A model generated the notes under the pieces. It was not told the origin of the DNA. It did no database searches and saw only the letters and a list, made by a program, of their open reading frames with translations. Below, piece after piece: positions 1 to 10,039 of a stretch of DNA of 64,000 nucleotides (positions are counted from its first letter, which is position 1; each line of letters starts with the position of its first letter). Source of the DNA: an uncultured cyanobacterium (GTDB lineage: Bacteria; Cyanobacteriota; Cyanobacteriia; Cyanobacteriales; Nostocaceae); NCBI GenBank assembly GCA_963706595.1, contig OY970166.1:1664001-1728000 (forward strand), given 5' to 3'. The position numbers and the translations under genes are program-made.

Positions 1-738
1 CCTGATTGGGTAAGTCAAATTACCGCCAAGTATCCTTTAGATAAATTATGTCATTCCGATAAAGTAGATTTACGCAAGGTATCATTGGCTGGTGAAAGAA
101 TATTAATTGTCGGTGGTGGTTTGACCAGTGGACACTTGGCAATTGGGGCTTTAGCTCGTGGTGCTAAAGTACGCTTAATATTTCGGCGAGAGTTGCAAGC
201 GAAGTTATTTGATGCTGAACCGGGTTGGTTGGGACCAAAGTATCTCAAAGCATTTTTTGCTGAGTCTGATTACCAAAAGCGCTGGGAAATGATTCAGCAA
301 GCCCGGAATGGTGGTTCGATGACTCAGGCGATCGCCATGCAGTTGCGTCGAGCAGTGCGTCATGGTAATCTAATCATGGATGAATATTGCCAAATTCAAA
401 CAGCCCAATGGTTAGAGGATCATTGGCTAGTTCAATGTAATAACGCCAGTGAGTCTGAATGTGAACGGATATGGCTATGTACTGGCAATAAATTTGATGT
501 CACTGCTGAACCATTATTAACCGAAATCTTAGAAACTTACCCGATTTGTATAGTCAATGGCTTACCAATTTTGGATACTTATCTGCGTTGGCCTGGTTGT
601 GAATTATTCATCATGGGTGGGTTAGCAGCTTTGCAAGTGGGACCGACAGCGCGGAATTTATCAGGCGCAAGAATGGCTAGTGAGAAAATTGTTCAGGCGA
701 TCGTTAAGTCAAGAATGGCTTCTGCAAGTTCCCGCTAG
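1..738 (+). CDS. FAD/NAD(P)-binding oxidoreductase (N-hydroxylase-like family), 5' end outside window
   Basis: Frame is open from base 1 (PDWVSQ...). Rossmann motif ILIVGGGLTSGHL, LCTG motif and C-terminal GPTARNLSGARMA. Confidence 0.75.
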   Translation, partial: PDWVSQITAKYPLDKLCHSDKVDLRKVSLAGERILIVGGGLTSGHLAIGALARGAKVRLIFRRELQAKLFDAEPGWLGPKYLKAFFAESDYQKRWEMIQQARNGGSMTQAIAMQLRRAVRHGNLIMDEYCQIQTAQWLEDHWLVQCNNASESECERIWLCTGNKFDVTAEPLLTEILETYPICIVNGLPILDTYLRWPGCELFIMGGLAALQVGPTARNLSGARMASEKIVQAIVKSRMASASSR

Positions 739-763
739 TTTCTCAAATACTATCCTAGATTTT

Positions 764-864
764 CGGTGCGTTGCGCTACGCGACAACACACCCTACTGGA
801 CTAATAAAAATCAAATATGCGTTTTCTAGAACCCTTGTAGAAACTTTTGATGAAACGTCTCTAC
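764..864. repeat. REP-like palindromes (GGTGCGTT...ACACCCTAC and GTAGA.ACG...CGTCTCTAC types)
   Basis: Same motif families recur at about 17470-17550, 18040, 22680, 41192-41271, 42964-43183 and 44011-44091. Confidence 0.6.
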
Positions 865-870
865 ATTCTT

Positions 871-1866
871 TCATTGAGCAGATTTTGGGGCAAATATTAG
901 GTAAGTTCCGCCCAAACCTTCGACAATTGTCCGTGTATTAGCAATCATCATTTTCTGATAGGTATCGGCTTCGCTTCCTGGTTCACTCAGTCCATTTGTA
1001 TATAGTGGCCTTCTTGATACTCTCACGTTGGCTTCTGTAGCCACAGTTTGCATCAATTGGGGGTTAATTGTGGTGTCTGTAAAAATTGTTGGTACTTGTG
1101 CTTGCTGAATATTTCTCGCCCAATTTTTGACTTGTGCATCTGTGATATTTGCCCCACTACCAATACCGTTTAGCCCGACTACCAAAGGAATTTTGTAGGC
1201 TGTGGTGTAATAATTGAGGATATTACTAGTTGTGACTAATTTGCGTTGATTATTAGGAATAGTATCTATTCTTGACTTTATCCAATTATCAAGTTGAGTT
1301 AGTTCATTTTTAATTACTGTGGCATTATTACTATATAATGTGGCATTGTCAGGTTGTAATTTCCCTAAATTGTTACTAATTACCGCTACCATCCTGATAG
1401 TATTTTGAGGATTGTGCCAAATATGAGGATTAGTTAAATTTCGACCAGATACCTGAAATTGCTGTGGTTGAGTCACCGCTAGTTGACTTACGGCTATTTT
1501 GGGCGCAGGATTTTGACTTTCTGCAACTATTTTGCTCAATTCTGGTTTTAAATTGTAGCCACTATACAGAATTATATTAGCTTGTGCGATCGCTTCCCGG
1601 TCTTCCGGTCTGGGTTGATAGATGTAGGAGTCGTTACCAGGAGAAGCCAAGCAAATCAGGTTAATTGTATTTTCTGCTACCTGTCTAGTTAAGTCACAAA
1701 GTACACTTGTAGTGGCAACAACACGGGGAAGATTCTCATCTATCCTAGTGGTTGTTTGAGTGAATGAAGTGCTGTCAGCTTGATTTCTACAGCCAATAAA
1801 TCCAATTGTGAAGACTGCTAATATAGCTCGTAAGTAATTATTGGATAGTATTTTTTTTAGCATCAT
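871..1866 (-). CDS. Metal ABC transporter substrate-binding lipoprotein (ZnuA/MntC/TroA fold) with degenerate metal site
   Basis: Lipobox-like FIGC, VVATTSVLCDL, NPHIW and C-terminal TYQKMMIANTRTIVEGLG typical of cluster A-I binding proteins. Confidence 0.8.
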   Translation of the reverse strand: MMLKKILSNNYLRAILAVFTIGFIGCRNQADSTSFTQTTTRIDENLPRVVATTSVLCDLTRQVAENTINLICLASPGNDSYIYQPRPEDREAIAQANIILYSGYNLKPELSKIVAESQNPAPKIAVSQLAVTQPQQFQVSGRNLTNPHIWHNPQNTIRMVAVISNNLGKLQPDNATLYSNNATVIKNELTQLDNWIKSRIDTIPNNQRKLVTTSNILNYYTTAYKIPLVVGLNGIGSGANITDAQVKNWARNIQQAQVPTIFTDTTINPQLMQTVATEANVRVSRRPLYTNGLSEPGSEADTYQKMMIANTRTIVEGLGGTYLIFAPKSAQ

Positions 1867-2110
1867 TAACTCCTAATTGATGTATAAAAAACATAGGCAT
1901 TTAAAAATAGTAGATGTGCTGATTATGGTGGTTATTGCTCATAAAAATGAATCTAAAGCAATTGTAGCCCTAAGTTGAAAAAGTTTGGATACACTATGAA
2001 CAAAAATATCCCCAACTTTTTGAGAAAATCGGGGAAATGATTCTAGTGATTCTATTGATATTAGTTGAACAGTTTATGTCTCTTAACTGATAGCTGATAA
2101 CTGTTAACTG

Positions 2111-2380
2111 TTAACTGTTAACTGGTAATTGGCCTTGCAGCATTTGAAATTTAGACTGAAAACAAGTAGCACAATTGCAACCAAGTTGATCCATAATTGG
2201 ATTAGATGCTCTGGTGGCATGAAGTGTGGCTAATTCTCCAATAGATTGGGTAGATGCTACAGAAATCATTTGTGTAGCAAATACAGGTTTAAGACTAGAT
2301 GCCTGTGCAGGATTTGCTACCAGCAGTATGGAGGTAAGAAATACAGGACAGGCAAGCAGAATCATTTTGGCTATGTTCAT
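2111..2380 (-). CDS. Small exported protein with CxCxxC motif
   Basis: Signal-peptide-like N-terminus ending AQA; GCNCATC near the C-terminus. Confidence 0.65.
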   Translation of the reverse strand: MNIAKMILLACPVFLTSILLVANPAQASSLKPVFATQMISVASTQSIGELATLHATRASNPIMDQLGCNCATCFQSKFQMLQGQLPVNS

Positions 2381-2390
2381 AATTCACAGA

Positions 2391-2495
2391 TATAGCTGGG
2401 GAGTAGGGAGTGGGGAGTGGGGAGTGGGTTAAAACCCGAATGGTGTCTAAGTTTGATTATCCATTTATGTCTTAACCTCCTTGGCGGTTGCTATA
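2391..2495. mobile_element. MITE-like element with TATAGC...GCTATA ends containing a GGGGAGT heptamer run
   Basis: Terminal inverted TATAGC/GCTATA and internal (GGGGAGT)n. Confidence 0.5.
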
Positions 2496-2560
2496 AATAG
2501 TATTTCTGATACAGCATAGCCAATTAATTGACTACCTTCAACCTGCATGGTTATGTATTT

Positions 2561-3622
2561 TTAACTACGTCCGAATCCTTGCCCTCGTAGCACTTTCGAC
2601 CAAACCAGTAATTCGCCTTTGTCACCACCTGCGGCGAGGAATTTACCTTGAGAATGCCAAGCTAGGCTGGAAAATCCGCCGGAAACCCCTGTCAGCACTT
2701 GGGTGACTTGTTTAGCTTTGTTCCACAAACACAGCCAGCCATCACTAGCGGCGGAAGCAAGTAGAAAGCTGTTAGGCGCAAAGGCGATCGCGGTGATAAT
2801 ATCGACGTGATTAGTTAAAATTCTGGCTTCCCAACCCAAGGATTCGTCTTCTAGTTTTTCCCAAACTACGATCCCTTCCACGCTGGAAGATGCCAAAATC
2901 GGCGCACCCAGTTTAGTAGTAGCTTCTGACCATGCTAACTCACGGATTTTACCAGGAAAGCCCCGCATTACCCAAGGATCGGGATTTTCCCATTCTAAAA
3001 CGGTGATACTGCGATCCATATTACCAGAAGCGAGAAATTTGCCATCAGGAGACCAAGCCATTGCTATACTCACACTAGGCATATCTAAAATATAGGGTTC
3101 TTGATCCCAGTTTTGGCTGTCCCAAATTTTAACTCCCTTATAGCCACCAATGCCTAAATACTGCCCATCGCTACGCCAATCAAGCCCCAATACTGAGGAG
3201 TTATCAAAATTGAGGGTAACGACAACTTCCTGAGTATCGGCATCCCAGACTTGGACGTAACGCCCTAAACTAAAAGCTAGTTGGTTATTAGCGGGACTCC
3301 AAGCTAGCTTATCTACCCATGCGGGGGCGTTTTCCAGCGTAGCAATTAATTGAGTATCTTGCCAAATTTTTACCTGTCCATCTTGTCCACCAACGGCGAA
3401 AAATTTGCCATCTGGGGAAAAAGCTACACAGTCTACTGATGTACCGTTACCAGTCTGTAAGGTTGTCAGGTTGCCATCATTCCACAGTACCACTTCACCG
3501 GCTGCGGTGGTAGCTACGAAAATTTTATCATGGGGCGACCAGGCGATCGCGGTTACATAATCTGAAAGCGTCGTGGAAAAGTGTTCTTCAAATTCCTTAT
3601 TTTTGCTAACTGTGGGATTCAT
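2561..3622 (-). CDS. WD40 repeat protein
   Basis: Repeated AWSP/AFSP...LA.GG.DG.VKIWD units. Start moved to the ATG at 3622 because the upstream extension is translated heptamer repeat. Confidence 0.9.
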   Translation of the reverse strand: MNPTVSKNKEFEEHFSTTLSDYVTAIAWSPHDKIFVATTAAGEVVLWNDGNLTTLQTGNGTSVDCVAFSPDGKFFAVGGQDGQVKIWQDTQLIATLENAPAWVDKLAWSPANNQLAFSLGRYVQVWDADTQEVVVTLNFDNSSVLGLDWRSDGQYLGIGGYKGVKIWDSQNWDQEPYILDMPSVSIAMAWSPDGKFLASGNMDRSITVLEWENPDPWVMRGFPGKIRELAWSEATTKLGAPILASSSVEGIVVWEKLEDESLGWEARILTNHVDIITAIAFAPNSFLLASAASDGWLCLWNKAKQVTQVLTGVSGGFSSLAWHSQGKFLAAGGDKGELLVWSKVLRGQGFGRS

Positions 3623-3630
3623 AAGTAAGA

Positions 3631-3781
3631 GGGGAGTGGGGAGTGGGGAGTGGGGAGTGGGGAATGGGGAATGGGGAATGGGGAATGGGGAAATTTCCCT
3701 TGTAGAGACGCGATTCATCGCGTCTTCTTATCGATTCTTACAGATTCATCGCGTCTTCTTGAAGATTCATCGCGTCTTCTT
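3631..3781. repeat. STRR heptamers (GGGGAGT/GGGGAAT)n followed by three copies of GATTCATCGCGTCTTCT
   Basis: Directly visible tandem units between the COG0523 and WD40 genes. Confidence 0.85.
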
Positions 3782-3786
3782 TATCT

Positions 3787-4758
3787 TCATGCGAAACAAG
3801 CCAGAAACTCTTGCTTCAATTGGGCTTCATCAAGATTACGACCAATGAAAACTAATTCATTCTTCCGAGTTTCATTTGCTTTCCAAGGGCGGTCAGGTCT
3901 ACCATCTAAGATCATGTGTACACCTTGGAAAACATATCGATTATCTTCCCCAGCAATATTTAAAATACCTTTCATGCGGAAAATATCTTGTCCTTGGGTA
4001 CGCAATAATTCCGAAAGCCAAGCGTTGAGTTTTTGTCCATCTAGTTCGCCACTTTCTACCAAAGCTACAGAATAAACTTTTTCATCATGTTGGTGTGCAT
4101 CTTCACCTAAGAAATCAGGATCAATTTCCAAGGCGCGGGCTAAGTCAAAGGCTTTCACACCCAATAACGCATCCATTCCTAGTTGCGCGTTTTCGGTAGG
4201 GTAAATTTTAGCGATCGCATTCATACTGCGAATCCGCTTTTCTAACTCCTCCAACTGTTCTGGCGTTACCAAATCAGTTTTATTCAGGAGAATGACATCA
4301 GCAAAAGCAATTTGTTCTTGTGCTTCATCAGCATCCCAATGTTGCCAAATATGCTTCGCATCCACAACAGTTACTACTGCATCTAAAGACAGTAGACTTT
4401 GCATATCTTCATCAACAAAAAATGTTTGAATGACTGGGGCTGGGTCAGCTAAACCAGTAGTTTCAATTACTAAATGGTCAAACTTATCTCGCCGCTTCAT
4501 TAAATTACCAACAATGCGAATTAAATCACCGCGCACTGTACAGCAAATGCAGCCATTGTTCATCTCAAAAATTTCTTCATCTGCATCAATAATCAGTTGA
4601 TTATCAATACCAACTTCCCCAAATTCATTCACAATTACAGCAACTTTTTTGCCGTGTTCGTAGGTAAGGATGTGGTTTAGTAGAGTGGTTTTACCTGCAC
4701 CCAGGTAGCCTGTTAATACAGTTACAGGGACTGTATTCGTGATTTCTTCAGTCAACAT
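3787..4758 (-). CDS. COG0523/CobW-family P-loop GTPase (metallochaperone)
   Basis: GYLGAGKTT, VNEFGE, GCICC, IETTGLADP, LNKTD and CobW_C motif FRMKG. Confidence 0.95.
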   Translation of the reverse strand: MLTEEITNTVPVTVLTGYLGAGKTTLLNHILTYEHGKKVAVIVNEFGEVGIDNQLIIDADEEIFEMNNGCICCTVRGDLIRIVGNLMKRRDKFDHLVIETTGLADPAPVIQTFFVDEDMQSLLSLDAVVTVVDAKHIWQHWDADEAQEQIAFADVILLNKTDLVTPEQLEELEKRIRSMNAIAKIYPTENAQLGMDALLGVKAFDLARALEIDPDFLGEDAHQHDEKVYSVALVESGELDGQKLNAWLSELLRTQGQDIFRMKGILNIAGEDNRYVFQGVHMILDGRPDRPWKANETRKNELVFIGRNLDEAQLKQEFLACFA

Positions 4759-4785
4759 GGTGTCAATACCTTTTTTTGATAGTTT

Positions 4786-4800
4786 AGATAATCATTACCA
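4786..4800. promoter_or_regulatory. Probable Zur box
   Basis: AGATAATCATTACCA matches the 7-1-7 TGATAATNATTATCA cyanobacterial Zur consensus with 2 mismatches, about 28 bp upstream of the COG0523 start. Confidence 0.7.
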
Positions 4801-5046
4801 CCCATAATAATTCTTTTTATTTGTTTGTGGTGAATTTACTGGAATTAGTTTTGAGGAGGTAATTCCACGGCTTTAGTAAAAGCCTGTTTTGTACTGACAC
4901 ATCTGTAATAAGTCGTAAATATTAAGGGCGTTGAGTTAGGGGTGACAGCAATTTTTAACAATTCTTGAAAGAATAATCGAACGCAGATGCACACGGATGT
5001 AGACGCGTTAGCGGCTTCTCGCAGAGTACACAGATGAATATAGAGT

Positions 5047-5955
5047 TTATGCAGATAATAAGAAATTTTGCACTGCTGTGAATACAAGTTCTGGATATTC
5101 TTCATGTAGTCCCAGGGAACCGGGAACTATGACGCTTGTTACTTCTGGTAATGCGGCTAAGGCGTTCATTTCTTGTCTCGATTTGGGCGGACTGGATTCG
5201 CCAATTACTACCATTAGGGGTATGGACAAGGATTGCACAAGTGTGAGAAAATCAGATTGTTTTCGTACAGCATCAAGATTACCTGTTACAAAAGCCGCAG
5301 ATGCAAATCTAGCTCCTGGTTTTTGCGTGGTTTGCCATTTTTTCTCGATGAAGCTGGGTGTGAGTTTAGCGTCATCTGTAAATACGTGACGGCGATACAT
5401 CCACGTTAAGAAGGATGGTGTGGTGTTGAGTTTGTACAGGGCTTGTCCTATGATAGGCGATCGCACTAAACCCTTGACAACATCCGCTATCTGTGTACTT
5501 GCTCCCATAGTTGGTAAGGGACCGCGCCAAGTGGGTGCTATTAACAAAATTCGCTTGAACACATCAGGCTGTTTAACAGCGAGTTTTAATACGTAAGTAG
5601 AAGCATGACCAGCAGCGACTACAGTAATGGGAGTATTGAAGACAGTTTTGACAAAATCTTCTAAAAATTGCTGGTATATTTCTGGGCGATAATTTAAACT
5701 CGGACGGGAAGATTGTCCAAACCCCGGCCAGTCTACCACTGTAACTTGAAAGTGGGGAGCTAGTAATTTAGCTAATTCTCCCATTTCCCCGCGTGTGGAA
5801 ACGCTACTAAAAGTTGGTAGTATTAGAAGGGGTGAACCTGTCCCGATGGTTTCGTAAATCACCCTTAATGGTTGGTTTTCCCAACTCCAGGTATATTCGT
5901 GAACTGTTCCACCAAATCCCAGAGGATCATAGGTTGATAGTAAATTCGTTGACAT
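5047..5955 (-). CDS. Alpha/beta fold hydrolase
   Basis: VDWPGFGQS motif, GSLGLHEEYP. The nucleophile elbow reads AAGHAS (no canonical Ser). Confidence 0.8.
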   Translation of the reverse strand: MSTNLLSTYDPLGFGGTVHEYTWSWENQPLRVIYETIGTGSPLLILPTFSSVSTRGEMGELAKLLAPHFQVTVVDWPGFGQSSRPSLNYRPEIYQQFLEDFVKTVFNTPITVVAAGHASTYVLKLAVKQPDVFKRILLIAPTWRGPLPTMGASTQIADVVKGLVRSPIIGQALYKLNTTPSFLTWMYRRHVFTDDAKLTPSFIEKKWQTTQKPGARFASAAFVTGNLDAVRKQSDFLTLVQSLSIPLMVVIGESSPPKSRQEMNALAALPEVTSVIVPGSLGLHEEYPELVFTAVQNFLLSA

Positions 5956-6078
5956 AAGGCTCAATTTTAGTTTGTATAAAAATTATCAAATTAAAGAACC
6001 CCACCCCCAGCCCCTCCCCGCAAGCGAGGAGGGGAGAAGGAAGGTAAGATTCAAGCAAATTGCTCATCGTTAATTGAT

Positions 6079-6519
6079 TTAGCTGGGTAAATCTAACTTA
6101 CAGTCAAGTGCTTTTTTTTGCATGGTTTTAAAAATGTTAAAAAATCCATTCGCACGGGAAGGTGTCAGACTGACATTTAAACCTGTTTCTTGAATAAAAT
6201 CTGGGGTGAGTTGCACAATTTCCGTAGGAGTTAGTCCATTTAAGCCCTCAACTAGAAGCCCTACTAATCCTTTTGTCAACTGGGAATCAGAATCGCCTTG
6301 GTATACAACTTTACCATCATCCAGGGCTGCGGTAATATAAACCTGAGATACACAGCCAGGAACTTTGTTTTCTGGGACTTTGCCAGTTTCTGGGAAGTCC
6401 TTCAACTTCTGAGCATACCAGATTAATTGTTCGTAGCGCCGCTTCGGTTCTGTAGCACGTTGGAAGCGCTGGACGATTTTAGCGAGAGCAGGTGGCAAAG
6501 AATCGATAATTGAGGACAT
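6079..6519 (-). CDS. sufE: SufE-family Fe-S sulfur acceptor
   Basis: KVPGCVSQV, GDSDS, LTPSRANGF. Confidence 0.95.
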   Translation of the reverse strand: MSSIIDSLPPALAKIVQRFQRATEPKRRYEQLIWYAQKLKDFPETGKVPENKVPGCVSQVYITAALDDGKVVYQGDSDSQLTKGLVGLLVEGLNGLTPTEIVQLTPDFIQETGLNVSLTPSRANGFFNIFKTMQKKALDCKLDLPS

Positions 6520-6620
6520 AACAGAAGCTGCAAATAATCAGTCTTACTTTGAGTGTAGTTGATTTTGAGAGCAATGGATCTGGTAATGGTTGCGATCGCC
6601 GGAAATGGATATACAAGCTT

Positions 6621-7553
6621 TTATCCTGGCTGTTGTCTAGATAAGGCTTGTTTTAGCTGCTGAGTGGCTTTTTCTATCGCATCTATACTACCAGCATTTA
6701 CTAGTCCGTAATAATCAAATACATATACTTGGTTGTTTTTTGCAGCTTGCAAATTTTGCCAAAAACTTTCTTTTTTGAAGGAATCTAAAAGTGCGGTTTG
6801 TGAACCCCCTTGGGGAGGACTAATTAAAATAATCACTTCGGGATTTGCTTCTAAAATTTTCTCGGCTGAAAGTGTGATGTAACCACGGATAGGACTGGTA
6901 CTTTGTAATTCTGCTGCTAGGTTCTTGACCTTGAATTGTGTTAATAAATCTCCCGCCCAACTGTTTTTATTTGGTGTTAATATTGGTTGACGACTTACCA
7001 GCACTAAAGTAGAATCACTTGGTTGGATATCCTTGGATAAAAAAGTTTCGTAGCGGTTTAATAATGGCGTGGGATCTGCATCGATAAAACCAGCTAAGGT
7101 TTTAGTAAGTTCTTTGAGAGAGTCCCAACTATTTACTTTGGTAGAAAAGGTCGCAATTCCCAGTTTTTTCAGTTGTTGCAATGTTTGATCAGAGAAGCCT
7201 TCTGCACCGATGACTAAATCAGGTTTAAGGGCGATAATTTTCTCTAAATTAGGGGGAGTTTGACCTTGGGAGACGCGCTGAAGATCCTGAAAGCGTGGGT
7301 CTTTATTTAGTAAGCTGCTACCTGTAATTCCTACCAGTTTACTTTGGTCAAGTTGTTGAATTATGTCAGCAGATAATGATGTGAGAGCAACGATTCTTTG
7401 AGCAGATACTTGGGGTTTTTGCTGATTATTATTGGTTGATTGTATTGAAGTTGCAGGTGTGCTTTGTGGCTGTTGGACTGTGGGATTATTGCAAGCGGTT
7501 AAGAATAAACTTAATAAGAGTGCTAAACTCAAAAGAATTTTTTTTTGATACAT
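6621..7553 (-). CDS. Iron-siderophore/heme/cobalamin ABC substrate-binding lipoprotein
   Basis: Lipobox LTAC, RIVALTS, PNLEKIIALKPDLVI, SAEKILEANPEVII. Start at ATG 7553. Confidence 0.85.
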   Translation of the reverse strand: MYQKKILLSLALLLSLFLTACNNPTVQQPQSTPATSIQSTNNNQQKPQVSAQRIVALTSLSADIIQQLDQSKLVGITGSSLLNKDPRFQDLQRVSQGQTPPNLEKIIALKPDLVIGAEGFSDQTLQQLKKLGIATFSTKVNSWDSLKELTKTLAGFIDADPTPLLNRYETFLSKDIQPSDSTLVLVSRQPILTPNKNSWAGDLLTQFKVKNLAAELQSTSPIRGYITLSAEKILEANPEVIILISPPQGGSQTALLDSFKKESFWQNLQAAKNNQVYVFDYYGLVNAGSIDAIEKATQQLKQALSRQQPG

Positions 7554-7663
7554 AAGATTGATTTGTAGTTCGGTTGAATAAACGATCATGGTTTGTAGTT
7601 GCGCTTTAGCGCTAAAGCGCAACTACATACAAGCGAATTATACCTTTTTTGCCAGTTATTCTC

Positions 7664-9985
7664 CTAAAAGCGTACACTTAAACTGGCTGAAAAGTTAATT
7701 CCTGTTTGGGTATATAAGTCTAAGAATGCGTTATCGTTATTCACTCCTCTCACGGTAGACCATTCTGTATATCGCTGATTAAACAAATTGAAAATACCCA
7801 GGTTCAAAGTAGTATTTTCATTAAAGTTGTAAAAACCTCGTAAATCAACTGTTGTATAACCTTGGGGTTTAAAGAAGTTTTCATTACTAACTCTATCTTT
7901 AGCTGCTACCAAAGTGGTAGTTAATTCTGCACCCCAAATTTCTGCGGCTGAACGATAACGTAACCCTACAATGGCTTTGAAGGGGTCTACTGAATCTAAG
8001 GGTTGGTCTGTTTCTAAGTTGTCTCCTACAGCATAAGCTAAGGTTCCAAATAAGCTCAAACCACCAGGAGATTCTTGAAAGCGATATTCTCCTCCGGCTT
8101 CTAAACCATAAATTTTGGCTCCTTTAATGTTTTGGGATTGGAATTGCAAAAGTCCTCTATTATCAGGGCCAATTCCGACATTTTCAATAAAGTTGTCGTA
8201 GCGATTATAAAACCCTGTGAGACTCAGACTACCTTGGGGATAGTTGGCTCTGATACCGAGTTCATAACTATCTACTGTTTCAGGTTTTAAATCAGCGTTT
8301 GGTAAAACAGTATAACCGAAAAGGAAGTTAGTAAATGCGATCGCCGCATCATCATAAGGTGGACTTCTGAAACCACGGGCGTATTGTCCATATAGTGATA
8401 TTTCTGGGGTGATTTTGGCAATTATACCTAATTTGGGTGAAAAGGCGGAAGCAGAAAAGCCTTCTACTTGGTAATTTTCTGTATTTATGTTATTAAAAGC
8501 AACGTCGTTTGAGTAAGGAGTTAGTTGATAATAGTCGTAACGAATTCCAGGTATTAAAGTAACACGACCATCGGCAAATTCGATTTCATCCTGAATATAA
8601 ATCCCACCTCTGAAGGTATCGGTATCAGGAAAAGTTTTATTGGGAAAAAGTTCGCTGTTCACAACTTTTGTACTGGTTCCCAAGGTTTCGTTAAATGATG
8701 TGGAATCTCTGGGACGACTGGTGGAAGTGTTAAACAAATCAAAACCGTAAACTAGGCGATGGCTGACATCTCCTGTGAAAAATTTGCTGGTAAATTGCAC
8801 ATCACCACCGATAACATCTTGGTTAAAACCAGTTTCTAGTATGCGGCGTAAATTTTGATTTGCTCTGTTAATTGTTCGGGTTTCGACATTTTCTGTGGTT
8901 TCAGCAGTTTGGTAATAAATCTGTGATTTGACTGACTGCAAAAATGAACTTAAGTTAGGATTGGTATACTCATGACTTAAACTAATGCGTCCTCGACTGG
9001 TAAAATCTGACGCAGTTTGACTGAGGGTTGTGGCTGTTTGTGCGGTTCTAACTTTAGTGTTGACGCTACGATCAAATAATTCTCCTGTGAGGCGGAAAAT
9101 ATGATTATCGTTTGGTTCTAAAACTACTTTACTAAAGAAGTTGTTACTGCCAAAATCTTGAGGGTTGGGATCTAATCCGCCGAAGTTTTGAGTTTCACTT
9201 CCATCACGGCGTGTATACTGCACTAAACCTGATAAGTTGCCGCTTTTTCCTGCTAATGTGACTGATGGAGAAAAACTAGAGTCAGGGGTATTATAGCTGA
9301 GTTTTCCACTGATATAAAATGGACGACCAAAAACGCTTAAATAATCTTCTGGATCTTTGGTTGTGAAGGAAACTACACCGCCAATAGCATCGCTACCGTA
9401 AAGAGTGGAAGCGGGTCCACGAATAATTTCTACTCTTTGAATTGAGTCAAATCCGACTAAATCTCGACCAGTATTAAAGTAAATATCTGGAACTCTCACA
9501 CCATCAACTTGAATTAAGACACGGTTCCCTTCAATACCTCGAATATTAATACTAGAGTTACCTTCACGCAAGGGGCGATCGCGCACAGATATTCCTGGTT
9601 CATAACGGACTAAATCTTTGATATCCTGGATAAAATCTCGTTCAATTTTTTGATCATCAATGACGCTAATTGTTCCCACTGAATCAATAATTGCTCTGGG
9701 GGTGCGAGTTCCTGTAACTGTAATTTCTATCCCGGAATCATTAGTTTGAATTTCATTTTCGTTTTCTGCTTCATCGCAATCATCAAATTCTCGGTCTTCA
9801 TCTGGGTTATCGGGGTCAAAATCTGGGGGACAAGTTTCTTTTTCTTCTGACTCTGCTTGTTGATCTACGGGAATATTTACAGGTTCTTGACTCAGTAATT
9901 TGATATTATTTACTTGGGCGAAAGCTGTGGGTATGACAAATAGGTTCAGCAGAGCTATGCTGAAAAAGATGGGATATTGTTTCAC
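7664..9985 (-). CDS. TonB-dependent outer-membrane receptor (heme/hemoglobin-receptor-like)
   Basis: TonB box EITVTGTR, plug motifs NIRG/RVEIIRGPASTLYGSDAIGGVV, FRSP...NADLKPE, C-terminal Phe. Confidence 0.9.
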   Translation of the reverse strand: MKQYPIFFSIALLNLFVIPTAFAQVNNIKLLSQEPVNIPVDQQAESEEKETCPPDFDPDNPDEDREFDDCDEAENENEIQTNDSGIEITVTGTRTPRAIIDSVGTISVIDDQKIERDFIQDIKDLVRYEPGISVRDRPLREGNSSINIRGIEGNRVLIQVDGVRVPDIYFNTGRDLVGFDSIQRVEIIRGPASTLYGSDAIGGVVSFTTKDPEDYLSVFGRPFYISGKLSYNTPDSSFSPSVTLAGKSGNLSGLVQYTRRDGSETQNFGGLDPNPQDFGSNNFFSKVVLEPNDNHIFRLTGELFDRSVNTKVRTAQTATTLSQTASDFTSRGRISLSHEYTNPNLSSFLQSVKSQIYYQTAETTENVETRTINRANQNLRRILETGFNQDVIGGDVQFTSKFFTGDVSHRLVYGFDLFNTSTSRPRDSTSFNETLGTSTKVVNSELFPNKTFPDTDTFRGGIYIQDEIEFADGRVTLIPGIRYDYYQLTPYSNDVAFNNINTENYQVEGFSASAFSPKLGIIAKITPEISLYGQYARGFRSPPYDDAAIAFTNFLFGYTVLPNADLKPETVDSYELGIRANYPQGSLSLTGFYNRYDNFIENVGIGPDNRGLLQFQSQNIKGAKIYGLEAGGEYRFQESPGGLSLFGTLAYAVGDNLETDQPLDSVDPFKAIVGLRYRSAAEIWGAELTTTLVAAKDRVSNENFFKPQGYTTVDLRGFYNFNENTTLNLGIFNLFNQRYTEWSTVRGVNNDNAFLDLYTQTGINFSASLSVRF

Positions 9986-10039
9986 TGGTTTTTACCTAAA
10001 AATTGTGATTATTAAATAAAAGCTTCGCTACCAGATTTA

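Noticed and set aside
3573..4075. Plus-strand ORFs rich in GEWG
   Set aside because: Translations of heptamer repeats and antisense to the COG0523 and WD40 genes.
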